Origin: the human T2T-CHM13v2.0 reference genome, Homo sapiens
Assembly (NCBI RefSeq): GCF_009914755.1
Contig: NC_060930.1
DNA: 64,000 nt
Reading direction: 5' to 3' (one strand)
Below are positions 27,024 to 41,943 of the stretch, piece by piece (position 1 is the stretch's first letter; the number at the start of each line of letters is the position of its first letter). Made by a program: the position numbers and the translations under genes. The notes under the pieces were generated by a model. That model had not been told where the DNA came from and did no database searches. It saw only the letters and a program-made list of their open reading frames with translations.

Positions 27024-29054
27024 CTATGACCTATTTCTACAATAAAGTTAGTAATGAACAATAAATCCAAAGTAGGTAACTCTAAATGCTCCTAAAATAT
27101 TGGTGAGGCCTCAGATATTTTTCTGTTGGATGCACCTTTTAATGCACCTCCATATTGACACACTTACAGATTAATTCTGGCTACCCCCAATCTAATTTTT
27201 TAAACTTTTATTGGTATATGAAAAACTATTTCATCTTCTAAATTCCTGCTTTTTAATATTTATCATTTCTGATACTAAATAGGCAAATCAAAATACCAGC
27301 TATTGATTCTGAAATGCCTCAAGTTTCCACATCAAATTCTGTCTTATTCTTTCCTTAGTATTTATTAGCCACTCACAGTTCTTGAGGTTACATGGAGTAA
27401 CTTTTCTCTCACATAACTTTTGTGACAAGGAAATAGACAATGCACCTCATGGATTGTGTTAGGTGAAGAATCTCAGATGTGGAGTTACTGTTTTGATACT
27501 TCCTGGTCCTCACTCACCTATTTAAGCTTCTCCGGGGGCAGTTGAACAGGGGGTATGTGAGGCCTGCTGATATGAGGTGGGTATTGAAGACTCAGGAAGG
27601 TGTGGAGAGTGGTGAGGAGATGGGCACAGGGCAGAAGTGGAGAAGCGAGCAAGGCTTTGTTTGACTGGAGTGCAAAATGCAGACAGAGAAAGGAGTGAAG
27701 GGTGGGAGTCCTAGTTCACCCAGAGACCAGTGAATGGACTTGAACTATTTAGGAAGAATTAGCTGAGTTTCATAGGAAAATCAAAGGGATTCCAAATAAA
27801 GGGGTCAGACACTGACAACTGAAACGTGGAAAAGGATCCAGTCCTGGGAATCTCCATGGGCTCTCTCAAAAGTGCCAGCTCAGGGAGCAGGAGGCTGGGC
27901 TTCAGTTCCTGGGTACCTGGCCCCCTGGCTGCTGGTAAGGCCAGGCCAGCTGGGCTGCCCAGCACCCCCAGGATCTCCCACCTGAGACAAGCACATTGAC
28001 ACTAAGCCTGGACCTCAGACTTGTCAAGGGCGAATTTATTTCCCCACCCGGAGAGTAAGGTGATTTCAATCGCCTCGTGAGTTCCACAGAGACCACAGTT
28101 TTTAATGGGGCCCACAGGAAGTACAAAGCACAGCCTGCACATTTTCTTCAACTTCTGAGTGGAGTTCTTTGACTGTCATGAGGAGTTTTCCTTTTCTGAT
28201 GCAGGTACTTTTTGTCTCTGTTTCTGTTGGCCAGTTCCATTTCAGACTCAATCTTTTGACTCACCTCTGAGATTCAAATTTTCCCACAGTTCCCCTAAGT
28301 CTGACCTGCACAGAACGTGGTGTGAGGAGCATGGAGAAACAGAGGCACTGGCATGCAGGTCCTCCTGCAGTGCCTGTGCTCAGGACACACAGCATGTCTG
28401 TTATTGTGTCCTAAGTTGTTGTTGGCAGGAGCGGGATGCTGAGATGACCCACCTTCAGGTGTAACAGCAGGAAAATATGACCCCTAGTGTGCCTTCACCA
28501 AGCCTTGTAGGGGTTCAAAGAAGAACACAGCAGGAGCTCATGGGCAGGCATGAGCTGTGCTGTCTCCTGGGGGAGAGAAGAAGGGAGCCATGGCCTCAGT
28601 GGGTGCCGTCTTCACCTGCGGGTGCATTAGACGCTCACTGACGTCACATTTCACAGGCAACCCAGAGTCACCACATACCAAGCACCTTTCCCACTGGCCT
28701 TCGGTGTTTTCTGCAGGCCCAGTTATACTTTGGCCCTTGGATTCTATGAGGCACCCCTACATCTTCATAAAACCTTCATCTTTTCTGCTTTTGCACCTCC
28801 AGAGTCAGTGTGGCAGGGAGTGTCTACAGTGGCTTCCCTGGCCCCTGCCTCCAGGAGAGCGTATCTGTGTGATCTCTCTCTGTAGGTGTGAGCTGGAACT
28901 GAGGGCAGCAAAAGTGAAGGAGCACCCCTTTGAGATGAGGCCATGAAGGACTGTGGCTCTGTGCTGCTCACATGCCTCCTCTCCCCTTGGGGTGCCCTTG
29001 ATGAAGCAGGCACCTGATTGGGAGCTGCCCTGTAGAGAGGCCAAGGCAACCAGG

Positions 29055-29865
<811 letters not shown>

Positions 29866-30050
29866 AAGTGAGCAAGCTGGCCTCCTGAGGATCCCGGGAC
29901 CATGTGTCCAGCTGCACTGAACCTGGGCTCCTGGCCTAGACACTGCAAGATATGAATTGGGCCCCACTTTAAAGCACAAGATTTTGAGATAATTTGTTAT
30001 GTTTGGGATAATTTGTTATATGTCATAACATATGTTATGTTATGAATTAT

Positions 30051-30220
30051 ACAGTAATTCTTCTACAATCATTTACTTCATTTTCTTAAATCAGTAAAAC
30101 CCAAACATGTCAAACTGGGAAGAGACATAGTTTTAATTGGCAGTCCCTTTGCCAAACATTCCACGTGAGGTATTCATCGTTAGGCCTCTCTCTGTTCATG
30201 AAACACCATGAAAAACCCAG
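30051..30220 (+). repeat. 170-bp local duplication, copy 1
   Basis: About 90% identical to 31350-31518 by hand alignment. Confidence 0.95.
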
Positions 30221-31349
30221 AATAATGTCATATTGCAGAAGTTTACAAAATGCTCATGTATTGGTTTCTTAGATTAGAATCCCTAAGGGAGGCTGCGAAG
30301 AAGGAAACGCTATGCAGAGGCTGACACATTAGGGTTATTCAATGTCAACATGGAGGTAAGGAAGTCACCTGCTAACAGATGCTGCTCGACGTATGAATTA
30401 CATTTACCTGCAGAAACTTGTCCTTCGATGCTTTTCTTTTCTTCTGGTGGGAAACTCATTACCAAAATTCTATCACATTAGAGAATTCCACGCCCATTTA
30501 TGCTGCATCTATGCATACACATTTTACAACGTATGCATGTATCTATGCGTAGCTGTCAACTCTCTTTAAGATGAAATTCATACTTTACTGAGAGTCCTGT
30601 TGTTAGCACGTGAGGGAAATGTTAATAGCGGTTTAATTTATTATCAATCAAATATTTTTAATGATACCTGAAACTACTCAGATTGTAGGTAACCAAAACA
30701 GTTTAGCCATTAGAAATGCAACTTATAAGTTGATGTCATCTAGTGTTGAATTTTCAGCAAATTAAATAATGTGATCTCAAGAGCAGTGCCCAGGGAGTCC
30801 ACGGCAGGCCAAGCACTCTTCACAATGATCCCCGTATGTACGTGGGTGGGGTCCACTTTCAGACTCCATTCAGCCAGCTGAGCCACTGCAGAACCCAGGA
30901 CCAGGCTCCAACAAGAGGGCCAGACAAGGGGGCAGTGTTATCACAGTGGCCCTAAGGGAAGAATTTCATTTCATGTTACAGAAGCTTTATGTGACTAGCC
31001 TTCCCTTTTTTCCCTAAGTCAGAATTTTAATTTTATTTTAAATAGAAATGTAAGAATGTTCAGGTTTTACTTTAAAAATAGACATCATTTTAATTTTAGT
31101 TTTTAGGGTTTTTTTTCCCACCACAGATGCTAACTTGCTTAAATTTAAACTAAATGACTTTCAATAATTTATTATAGGCTGGAAATTTTGGATAACATCC
31201 TTTAAGTGACACAACTTCATTTAATTCACAGAAGTAAAGAATTCCTGGGAGTCTACAATGTTGTTATACTTAGAAATGCTAATGGTTACACACATTTTTT
31301 TCCATATTGGAATGAGCATAGTAACAACTAGCTAGGAATAAGAAAACAG

Positions 31350-31518
31350 ACAATAATTCTTCTACAACCATTTACTTCATTTTCTTAAATTAGTAAAACT
31401 CAAACATGTCAAACTAGTAAGAGACATAGTTTTAATTGGCGGTCCCTTTGCCAAACATGTAGGCAAGGTATTCATCATTAGGCCTCTCTCTGCTCATGAA
31501 ACACCATGAAAAGCCCAG
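31350..31518 (+). repeat. 170-bp local duplication, copy 2
   Basis: About 90% identical to 30051-30220. Confidence 0.95.
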
Positions 31519-32137
31519 GAGTTTTCACAGGGCATGTGATTTATGAGCCAATGCAGTACTGCTCAAAGAGAAAACAAGCCACAAGTAGCATTTGCTGTGT
31601 AGTTACCTGATGTGCATACGATCACCTGCAGCAGGTTTTTTCATTCAATACCTGAAAAATTGCCCTTTTTTGAGTATTTACTAACCTGTCTTTCCTTCTA
31701 CTGCACACTGAGCTCCTGAAGGCACTGGGGCTTGCTCCCATTTGTACCCTGGAGCACACAGTAGGTGCTTACTAAGTGACTGTGGAGCAGAACTTCTAAT
31801 ATTTTTGAAACACAGATTTGGAAACATCTTCCCAGAAAACAGACTACAACAAATCATTTCCCTGGTATGAAGGAATGAAGGTCAGTATTGCTAAACTGAT
31901 ACTATCACTACTAACTACAATTACTAACACTATAGATACTCATTATAGCATTTCAGCAAAGTGCTGTTGGAGACAAATATTGCTTTAGAAGTAGTTTTTG
32001 AAAAAAATAGATTTACATTTTACTATAATAGTTCTAGAGATATAGGCAACCAAAAGTTTCTCTCTATATATATATATATGTGTGTGTATGTGTGTGTGTA
32101 TACATATTTATGAATATAAAACAGTTATATTACTTAA

Positions 32138-32322
32138 TTGGTTAAGAACATGGATTTTGGATTCAGAGAGCTACAACTCTACTCCACTTACCGTGTGAAT
32201 TTGGGAAAGTCACTTAACCTCCTAAAGCTTCAGTCCTCTCATCTATAAAATGATAATAGTAATAGTCCCTTATTGATTATGTTGTTCTAATAATTAATTA
32301 GATAAAGCATCTAATGCACTCA
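32138..32322 (+). mobile_element. MIR
   Basis: TTGGGAAAGTCACTTAACCT...CAGTCCTCTCATCTATAAAATG core. Confidence 0.78.
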
Positions 32323-33779
32323 GCTGATGATCCTTTCGGGGTCAAAAATAGAGATGTTTCACTTCCATCTGAACATTTATCTTATATCAGATCATTTAAT
32401 CAATCCAGAATTAGGACTTTTGGGACTCAATAAATAAACTTCGCTCAGTAGCCTGTATCTTTAATTTTATTATGAGATATTATAAAAATAGGTTTTTGTT
32501 TCAATAACAAAAGTTTACATTTAAAACTGAAAAAAAGCCTCAAGTATTAAAATAGTTTTATGGAGAGGGACACACTCTTAAGCTTCTCTGACACACCTTC
32601 TCTGAAGATGGACTTGTGTCATCTACTCATAGAAAACAGGGTGGAATTGGCACCTAGCAGCCCCAGGATGGCCTGCGACCAGAGGAGCATCAAAGTCCTG
32701 ACTGTGCTTTGCTGAAAGTGGCCTGAATTGTCATGAAAAAACAGAACTTTTAATGAAATCACTTAGTGGCAATTATTATTTCATGCTAATAGTTGCCCAA
32801 CTCTCACCATATTGTAAAATAGCACTTGCGCGTTTTCAGTGTTAAAGAGCTAAATTAAAGCTGCTTGTAAGATTTGTAAAATAAACAGTTGCCCTGGGGA
32901 AATGTCTTTGAAATGATCCTGCAGAGGGGCACCTGTTGGGCGAATTTCTCCCTGTCCCTGTCGTTCTGTCTTCACTGAAACATATTACTATTAGAATCAC
33001 TCTTTTCCTTAAAATACGGCACAAAATTCTAGTCTTTATTATCAAATAAGCGTCAAAGCTGTTCTGTACCTAGTAACTTGGAGGAATGGCTGATCAACAG
33101 TGATTTAAACTAAGGAAGAGTAGGGTTGGAATTGTTGCAAGACTGCAAAGGGAAAGAATTACACTGAGGGATGTTTGTAGGAAATGGAACAGGGAAAGAG
33201 GGGGCAGCTGATTTGGAAAAGCAGAGGAGGCAGAGGCTGCTGCATGACCAGGTACAGCCCCTGCAGGTCACAGCAGAGAATCCAGTCCCCACTCCCGGAG
33301 TCACACAGCTCCTGATAGGACTTGGGGGATAGTTCTGAAGAAAGCACAAGAGAAGTAGCAGGAAAATGTGTATTGAGGTGTCTGGCGTATATTTCCCTGC
33401 AATTCTCCCTCTGCCTCTTCCTCCCTCCTGGAAGGCCGATTTTCCAATGCATGAACTCCTGTCTGGTGGCAGGTTCCCGGGAAGACACATGGACTCCTTC
33501 AGGACTCTTAGAGCCTGGCTCAGCGTCCTAAACAAATCCCGCACTGAATGCAGCCCAAACAACTCAGACAATACCAGCAAATGAGGCTCTGGGAAACATC
33601 AAAGATTAATTTGCAGAATTATTTCACAAAAATCATTTGATAAAAATTATTTGACAAAAAGGTAATGCTACAAATATTAGACAAATTATTTTTAAATTGT
33701 ATTAAGAAAAAGATTGGCAAAGTCCTTCTGAGAAGATGGAGGTTTCCAGAAAGACTTTTCTCCTATTAATTTCCTATTT

Positions 33780-35400
33780 TAAAAAATACTTAGTTTTTGA
33801 GAAGGGTAGGCATTCACATTGTTCAAAAATTTTTTAAAAATTATAAAAACTCATATATGAACAGTCTCCCCATTTACGTTTCCCATTCAGCATTATTACC
33901 CACCACCCCTAAAATAGCTAACCACTGTTACTATTTTCTTTCTAGATCCTTCCAGATTTTTATGAATGTACAAACACATATGAATATATACCTCACACTA
34001 TTATATTGCTGTTTTGAATCATTGTATTTTTCTTTTAATATTGTATCTTTGAGATCTTTTCCATTCCATTTATAGACTTCATTCTTTTTGTAACTGCACG
34101 GATGGCCAATTTCACGTAACTAGTTCCATGTTGATGGACAATCAGTCTTTGCTGTTGCAGACAGTATCACACTGAATGTGCACATGCGGCAGGTTGTTTA
34201 AAGATATTCAAATCTTTCCAGTTTTCACGGGTATTGCCAAACTGTCCTCCATCAGCAATGTATAAAATAGGCCTGGTTTCTTAATATCCCACAAGCAGAA
34301 TGTGTCATCAAATACTTGAATTTTTTCCAGTCTTATGTGAAAAACGGCATCTCAGTGAGGGAGAACGAGTATATTTCATATGTTTCAGGATCACTATTAT
34401 TTCTTTTTTTGTGAACTGAATGTCCATGTCTTTTGTTCTCCCTGACCCCGCTTTTTCCATTAGGATGCTATTTTTTTTTTTTTTGAGGCGGAGTCTCGCT
34501 CTGTTGCCCAGGCTGCAGTGCAGTGGCAAGATCTCAGTTCACTGCAACATCCACCTCCTGGGTTCAAGCGATTCTTCTGCCTCACCCTCCCAGTAGCTGG
34601 GATTACAGGCACCCACCACCACATCCGGCTAATTTTTGCATTTTTAGTAGAGACGGGGTTTCACTATGTTGGCCAGGCTGGTCTCAAACTCCTGACCTCA
34701 TGATCTGCCTGCCTCAGACTCCCAAAGTGCTGGGATTCCAGGTGAGCACCGTGCCCAGCCTAGGATGCTAGTCTTTTTCTTGTTGGTTTCTGGGAGGTGT
34801 GGTACGAGCTGCAATTTTTTTTCATTTCAGCCATTGCCTTTTACTTTAGTTTATCATGTGCTGGCTATGAACACTGGTTTTTTTTTAGTCAAATATGTAT
34901 TAATCATACATTTTATGTCTTCTGAATTTTGAAATATACTTAGAAAGACCATTTCTATGCCGACTTTATAAAATAATTCTCACTTTTTTTCTAGTATCTT
35001 TATGGTTTCCTTTTTTCCATTTAAATGTTTTATTCATTTAAAATGTGTCCTGGGGTACGGCATAAGGTATTGATCCACTTTTCTAGATGACACTAATATG
35101 CATTTATTAACTAGTCCACTCAAATATACAAACTTCTTTTGTGTATTTATATCTATTTCTGGACTTTCTAATCTGTTGCATTGATTTATACGTCTATAGT
35201 ATGTCTTTGTGATTCTGTTTTAATTACTGAGGTTTTACAAGATGTTTTAATGTCTAGTAGGGCAATTTTCAACTTATTTATTTTGCCATATGACCTTTGG
35301 AGTCACCCTGTCCAATTAAAAATAATTTTTATGTTTATTAGAATGATGACATAATTTAGAGAGAATTGACAACTTTACAAAGTTGATTTTTTTCTGAAAA
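33780..35400 (-). mobile_element. Ancient L1ME-type fragment, interrupted by an Alu
   Basis: T-rich degenerate antisense L1 3' sequence (e.g. TATTGCCAAACTGTCCTCCA...CAGCAATGTAT). Boundaries approximate. Confidence 0.6.
34471..34760 (-). mobile_element. AluS (Sg-like)
   Basis: Antisense Alu. Perfect TSD TAGGATGCTA at 34461-34470 and 34761-34770. Confidence 0.95.
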
Positions 35401-35683
35401 TATGATATTGTGTTTGATTTCTAATTTTTTAAAGTATACACTAACAAAATTCCAAGCTTATTTGAGGTCTCCAGAGACAAAAATCTATATAAATGACAGG
35501 AAATTGAAGTATCCATATGTATTATTTCTTTGATGAACATATATTCTTCACCAGAACTGTCATTAGTGACAATAAGTGGAAGGTTATGATTGATGCTAAA
35601 TTATCTTAACTTTTTCATGAGATTAAAAACTTAAAATTAGGCTTTAGGTTTTCCTGACTTGATTTTTCAATTAAAAAATACCA

Positions 35684-36273
<590 letters not shown>

Positions 36274-38179
36274 TTAATGAGGCTAACTCTAAAAAGGTTC
36301 TTCCATTCTCAACATTGTTGCAAAATCTGGTGTGCACAGTCTCCACTTAAATGGCTTACAGAGATGCATGCTCATTTTTGCTTTGAAATTGCAGTTCTTC
36401 TCCTTATCACATTGTGAAGTGTTGAAAAGCATGCATTTGCTTACCGAAAAATGAAAACATATCAGATATGCTTAATTATTTGTAAATGTAGGCATCTGAG
36501 GAGACAAGGCGATTTGAGGCCACACTGTCAGCCAAATGCTAGTGATGTCCGTGGGTCCAGTGTCCACATCCCACAGCCGGGAAGCAGTCCTGCTCCGTGC
36601 CCATAGCAGGGGTCCCAGGAGCTATGAGATCCGCTACTTTAAACAGTTTTTTTGAGATAATATGAGGGACTCTTTTCTGGGAGAGGTCCAAAACTACATT
36701 TTAAAAAGATGGTACACAGGATGAAGTATTTTCTGTACTCTTGGGAAGGTATTTTTAATAACCTCAGATGGGTTTTATAAGTTTCCTGAGCCACATCCTA
36801 ACGAGAGATGAGCTTAGTGACACAGGGAAAGTACAAGGCCAGGGACAGCGTTGAGAGAACATTCTGAATCTCTCAGTGGAGCTCTCATCGCTTTGAGGTG
36901 GAACCAGTCCAGGCGAGGACCTGCCCACTTTCACGGGGCCAGGTCATCAGTCTGGCTTCCATCAGGGTGGGCCGCCTGATTTGCTTTGCTTTTCTCTGAT
37001 GGAGAGAAGGAACAGGCTCTCTGAGACCCTACAGAGCCCACAGTTTGTCTCTCTCTACACTGAACTATGGCTCCAAGGCACAAGTCCACTCTCCATGTGA
37101 AGAAAGGAATATTAAGGCTTAACACACTGCAGTGAATAACCTCATTGGTAGATTTCTGAGGACAACTTCCAACCAATGATATTTTTTCATCCATAGGATA
37201 GATTATGACATAACAGCATCTGAAAGGACTTTCCCTAAAGGTGAGCTAATCCAACCTCCTCAGTGAAAACGTGGAAAACCCCACCCAAAGTAGTTTACAG
37301 GGAGGCCCAGGCATTTGGGCTCCTGGCCTACATGGTGTATTTTTTTCCTACTGTCATACTTTTCTCTTTACTTTTAATAAATCATGTTTGAAGTGGGCTG
37401 AAGAGTGAGCTCTAAAACTTGTCTAGTAAGTGGTATTATTTTATGTTTCTTTTCCACTCCATTCCACATACAATTATTTTGAACTCAGTTGCATGAATTG
37501 GTTAAAATCAATGTACTGAACCAGTGTTAGTATCGCTTTTAAAACTTTGCACATAAAGTCAAATCTGGTTCTACAAGAAAATGGATAGAATTTAATGCCA
37601 GGACTCTTCTCCAGAAATAATTGTTTTCTTTGCAAAAGAGAGCAAAAACACCTTTGGAATTATTTCATGTTCTCCTCTTACCCTGTAGAGTTGATACAGC
37701 AAAAGTACACTACCACGAAGGTTTTTCATCTTAATTACAGTGAAGTTGAGATTTAATGGATTATTCCTACACTATCTGGCAAGCCTAGAATTGAAAGTGA
37801 TTTGAAGCCTGGCCAACCTCTCCCGCCGGCTCCTGGGTCATTTACTGCAGCCACCGAAAAACCAGACACGTGACTCCTCACACAGTGGAGGCCACTTAAT
37901 TTTCTTTCTCAGTTCAGCTGCCACACTTTAAGAAGAGAAAATCAAGGTCTGACCAAGCTAATACGCTTAGTTTACATAGATGTTTAGCAGATTGGACCAG
38001 ATTTTCTTATTTCCTTCTGTGTGCTTTTATCATAACACCAGGTAAGAGGTTTTCAACAAATGTTTGTTGAATGGGTGAATGAATAACTTGTGTGTGCTCA
38101 GAATTTTGCTGGATGCATTCAAAAGAATGAAATATAGAGATCCTGCTTGCTAGAGCAGAGGAAAATTAAGGGCTAATGC

Positions 38180-38350
38180 TGGCTGAACTCCTACATTGTA
38201 CCTGGTGTCCTACTGAGGTCATCTCAGTTGATCCTTTGATGTGGGCACTATTATTTTCATTTTAAAGATGAGAAAATCGAGTTCATAGAAATTAAGTGAC
38301 TTGTCCCAGGCCCCACAGCTGATGGTGTCAGGGAAGGGATTTGAGTTGTG
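38180..38350 (-). mobile_element. MIR
   Basis: CATTTTAAAGATGAGAAAATCGAG...TTAAGTGACTTGTCCCAGG core. Confidence 0.72.
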
Positions 38351-38445
38351 GGCTTGAAATTTGTAGCAGCTCCAACTGCTTCAAAGCCTCTTCCTGGTCT
38401 TCCCTTAAAAAGAGCTACGTTCAAGCTAGGAGAGAGGACTGAAAG

Positions 38446-38780
38446 TGGAAGAAGGTAATATGAAACTGACAGCCAAGTATGAAGAGGCCTCTAGAACCTC
38501 TGACCAGCTTACACACTGGGAGAACGGGGCGGAGCCTTGCGAAGTTCCCACCATTTGCAGCCGGGAGGGGCCTGGCCTCTCCCGTTCCCGGGTGGTAACC
38601 TGGGGTTCAATCTGAGGTGGGAAACCCGCTAGCAGGACTCTCAACTTTGTTGGGAGTCACTGTTTCTCTTTCCTTTTCTTTTCTCCCAATAAACTCCATT
38701 TTTCTAACCCTTCAAAGTGTCTGTGAGCCTAATCTTTCCTGGCCGTGTGACAAGAACCCTAAGGAGAAAGTTCTACAACA
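38446..38780 (+). mobile_element. Solo ERV1 LTR (MER66-like)
   Basis: AATAAA near 38688 and LTR end ...CTAAGGAGAAAGTTCTACAACA. Family from memory. Confidence 0.6.
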
Positions 38781-39426
38781 AAACGAGGCTAAATATCCTA
38801 CTATCCTACTGTTGATAGAGAATTAAAATGCTAAAGAAATTCAGGCACACAAAATAAATTGGCGTGACATTGGGAATATTGAAAGTGACTAAGTCCATGC
38901 TCAGTTGACACAGATCTTTCTTTCCTTCCTGAACATCAGTCCAGCAGCCCCTCCATGCGGGTCACCCACAAGATGTCTGCTGGGCCCATCAAATTTTTGC
39001 AGGGACATTTTTCAATTTTCCTTCATTTTTGCTTGATACAGAAGCCTGGCTTTTTCTTTAAATTTAGAATGATCAACGTGAAGTTAAGACATCATATCAC
39101 AAATAAATATTGTAAAAATAAATTGACAAAGGAGGCTCAATTATTATAATTACAGTTCTAGTTAAACTCATAAAATACAAAAAGCTTAGTGTTTTTATGC
39201 AAATAATACAAATTGCAAATTATCTTTTAAATGAAAATTTATTATATATGCTTTAATTAATATTATGTTAAAAGAAATATCACTTTTCAAAAAACAATGA
39301 TGTAAAATAATAATATTAATATTTAGAAAATACATCCTTATGTACAGCTGGAACTACCTTCTGTAAGAAGTAACTATGTAACTAGCAAATGATATTCTCT
39401 GTAATTATCCTTAATGGAAATGCCTG

Positions 39427-39913
39427 TGAAACTGGCCCTATTGTCCCATAGAACTGATGTTTATGGTTTCTTTTGAATAAACATCAGATATTTACTCTCC
39501 CTGTCTTAAAACTCAACAAAGTTACCTTTGTCTTATATGAGTTCCTTTCTCAGAAAACCAACCATCAGTCCTCCCAGAGAGTATAAATAAGCTGAAACTC
39601 ACCAGATTGCTACGTCTGAACAATAAGATGCCAGACCACTTATCAGTCATGATTGCCTATCCAGCTATCTGCTTCCTATTGAAAAACTTCTCTTCCCTAC
39701 TTCTCCCTAATTCTGGATTTCCTGCATTTCTTCCCTGCTGTGTAAACCCGATTTTAGTTGGTCAGGGAGATGTATTTGAGACTGATCTCCCATCTCTTTG
39801 CCTTCAGCACCTTATTAAAACCTTCTTCCCTGGCAATACGTGTTGTCTGAGTGATTGGCTTTCTGTGCAGCAAGCAGCAGTACCTAGACCAAACCCCTAG
39901 CATTTCAGTAACA
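39427..39913 (+). mobile_element. Solo ERV1 LTR (LTR54-like)
   Basis: TGAAACTGGCCCTATTGTCCCATAGAACTGATG ... TTCAGTAACA termini; ATTAAA signal. Confidence 0.7.
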
Positions 39914-40767
39914 CCCAGAATGGTCTTTCTAAGTAGCACTTTTTAAAAGGCTCATTACAACTTACTGTACATCAGTGGTCTTTAGATTTCAGGAATATTA
40001 AAAAAAAAAAAAGCCAGATGGTAGTGGGCAAGGGAGGAGACAAGGTTGCCAATATTTAATGTGGTAGACCTATTCTGTAATTATATTTTACAATCACATT
40101 ATACAATTATAGATAGAATAGATCACTACAAATGAAGTGAATTATAACACAGATATGTAATGAAGCCAATCAAATAAATATAGCTCTATAAAAATTTTGT
40201 CTACTTTTCTTTTCTTATGTTACCACAGACTGGTAAAATCTTTATTGCTAACAAACAATTGTTCACTTTTCTCTGGGACATATATTTGGCTTTCTCTAGC
40301 CCATCTCTGGAATGGTGTTCCATGCAGTTCTACCCAAACACCAGGTGCCTGTCCCTTCTGCTTCACACATTCAAGGACTTAAATTCTCCAAACACACGTG
40401 CACACACACACATGTAGAGATAGAGAATAGGAGGAAGAAAAAAAAGAAAAAAAAAGACAAAAACCCTCTTACTTAACAACTTTCAAAAGCCCTGGAACAA
40501 GGAAAAAGGAAATTATTTATGCTGGAAATTGGCCACAGACTAATACATGTCTTGGGGCAGAATTGTGTGATTCACTGACCCATGTGAGTAGGACTTATAA
40601 GACTGCAGCTGGAGCGTTTCCACCATTTCTAATGGAGATAGACAGAGCTCACATCCCGTGTCTGGTGTCTGTGTCTGCGTGTGTATGGCTGCCCTCATTT
40701 GTATCATGTAACTTTTTCATCAACCCTCTGTGGTGCCCCTGCTCGCCTCGTTTTCTCCTTTCCTTAA

Positions 40768-41134
<367 letters not shown>

Positions 41135-41943
41135 TGAGATTCTGTTTAAATATTTTATTTCACTTGTCCTTTCATATGTTTCCATCATGTATGTCTAATC
41201 TGATCATGAGGTTCTAGACAGCAGCATCTGGTCATGCTGATGCAGCTTTGTATTAGATACAACATATTGAACAGCACAAGTATTTAAATGTTTGTGCATT
41301 CTTATTTAGCCTGTGAGCAACCAGCATAGGAAGCTTTTTGTACAGAGTAATTGCTACCTCGTATTGAATGCTTACTGGGTTCCAGGTGTGTTCTCAGCAA
41401 TGCACTTAGAGTAATTCATTTAATCTTGACAACAATCATAAGGGATAAGTTATTATTATCCCCATTTTGTTATTTCTCACTTTACACATGAAGAAACGGG
41501 TTTGAGATCCCTGAGCTGGGAAGTGGTGGAATGAGTAGCAGGCTTGACACAAAACACTGCCTTTACATCACAAAATTCAATTCAGTAGAGATGGCAGGGT
41601 GAGCACTAGGAGAATCCCAAGCTCCACTCCTGGTAACAGCAATGCAGTAGACGGATGAGGCTCTTGGCTCTGCCTGGGCAGACCTGGGGCCTGAGTCCAC
41701 GCTCTGACACTTGGCTATTGCTCTTGGGTGTGTTATTCATCATCCTGAATCTCAGTTTTACCATCTGGACAGTAAGGATAATATTAGTGCTTTCCTCATA
41801 TGCACTCCAGAAATGAGAGCTATTATTATAAACCTATTTAGAAAATCACACTGGTTTTTAATATATCCTAGTGTTAAAAATCTGTTTGCAAAAAATCAAA
41901 CAGCATAGATAGGGCAATACTCTGTGATTATTCTCCCTATTGG

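Noticed and set aside
26183-27064. 293-aa mucin-like / His-rich ORF as a real gene
   Set aside because: Direct translation of the CAC/CAT repeat, with a TTG start inside a MIR.
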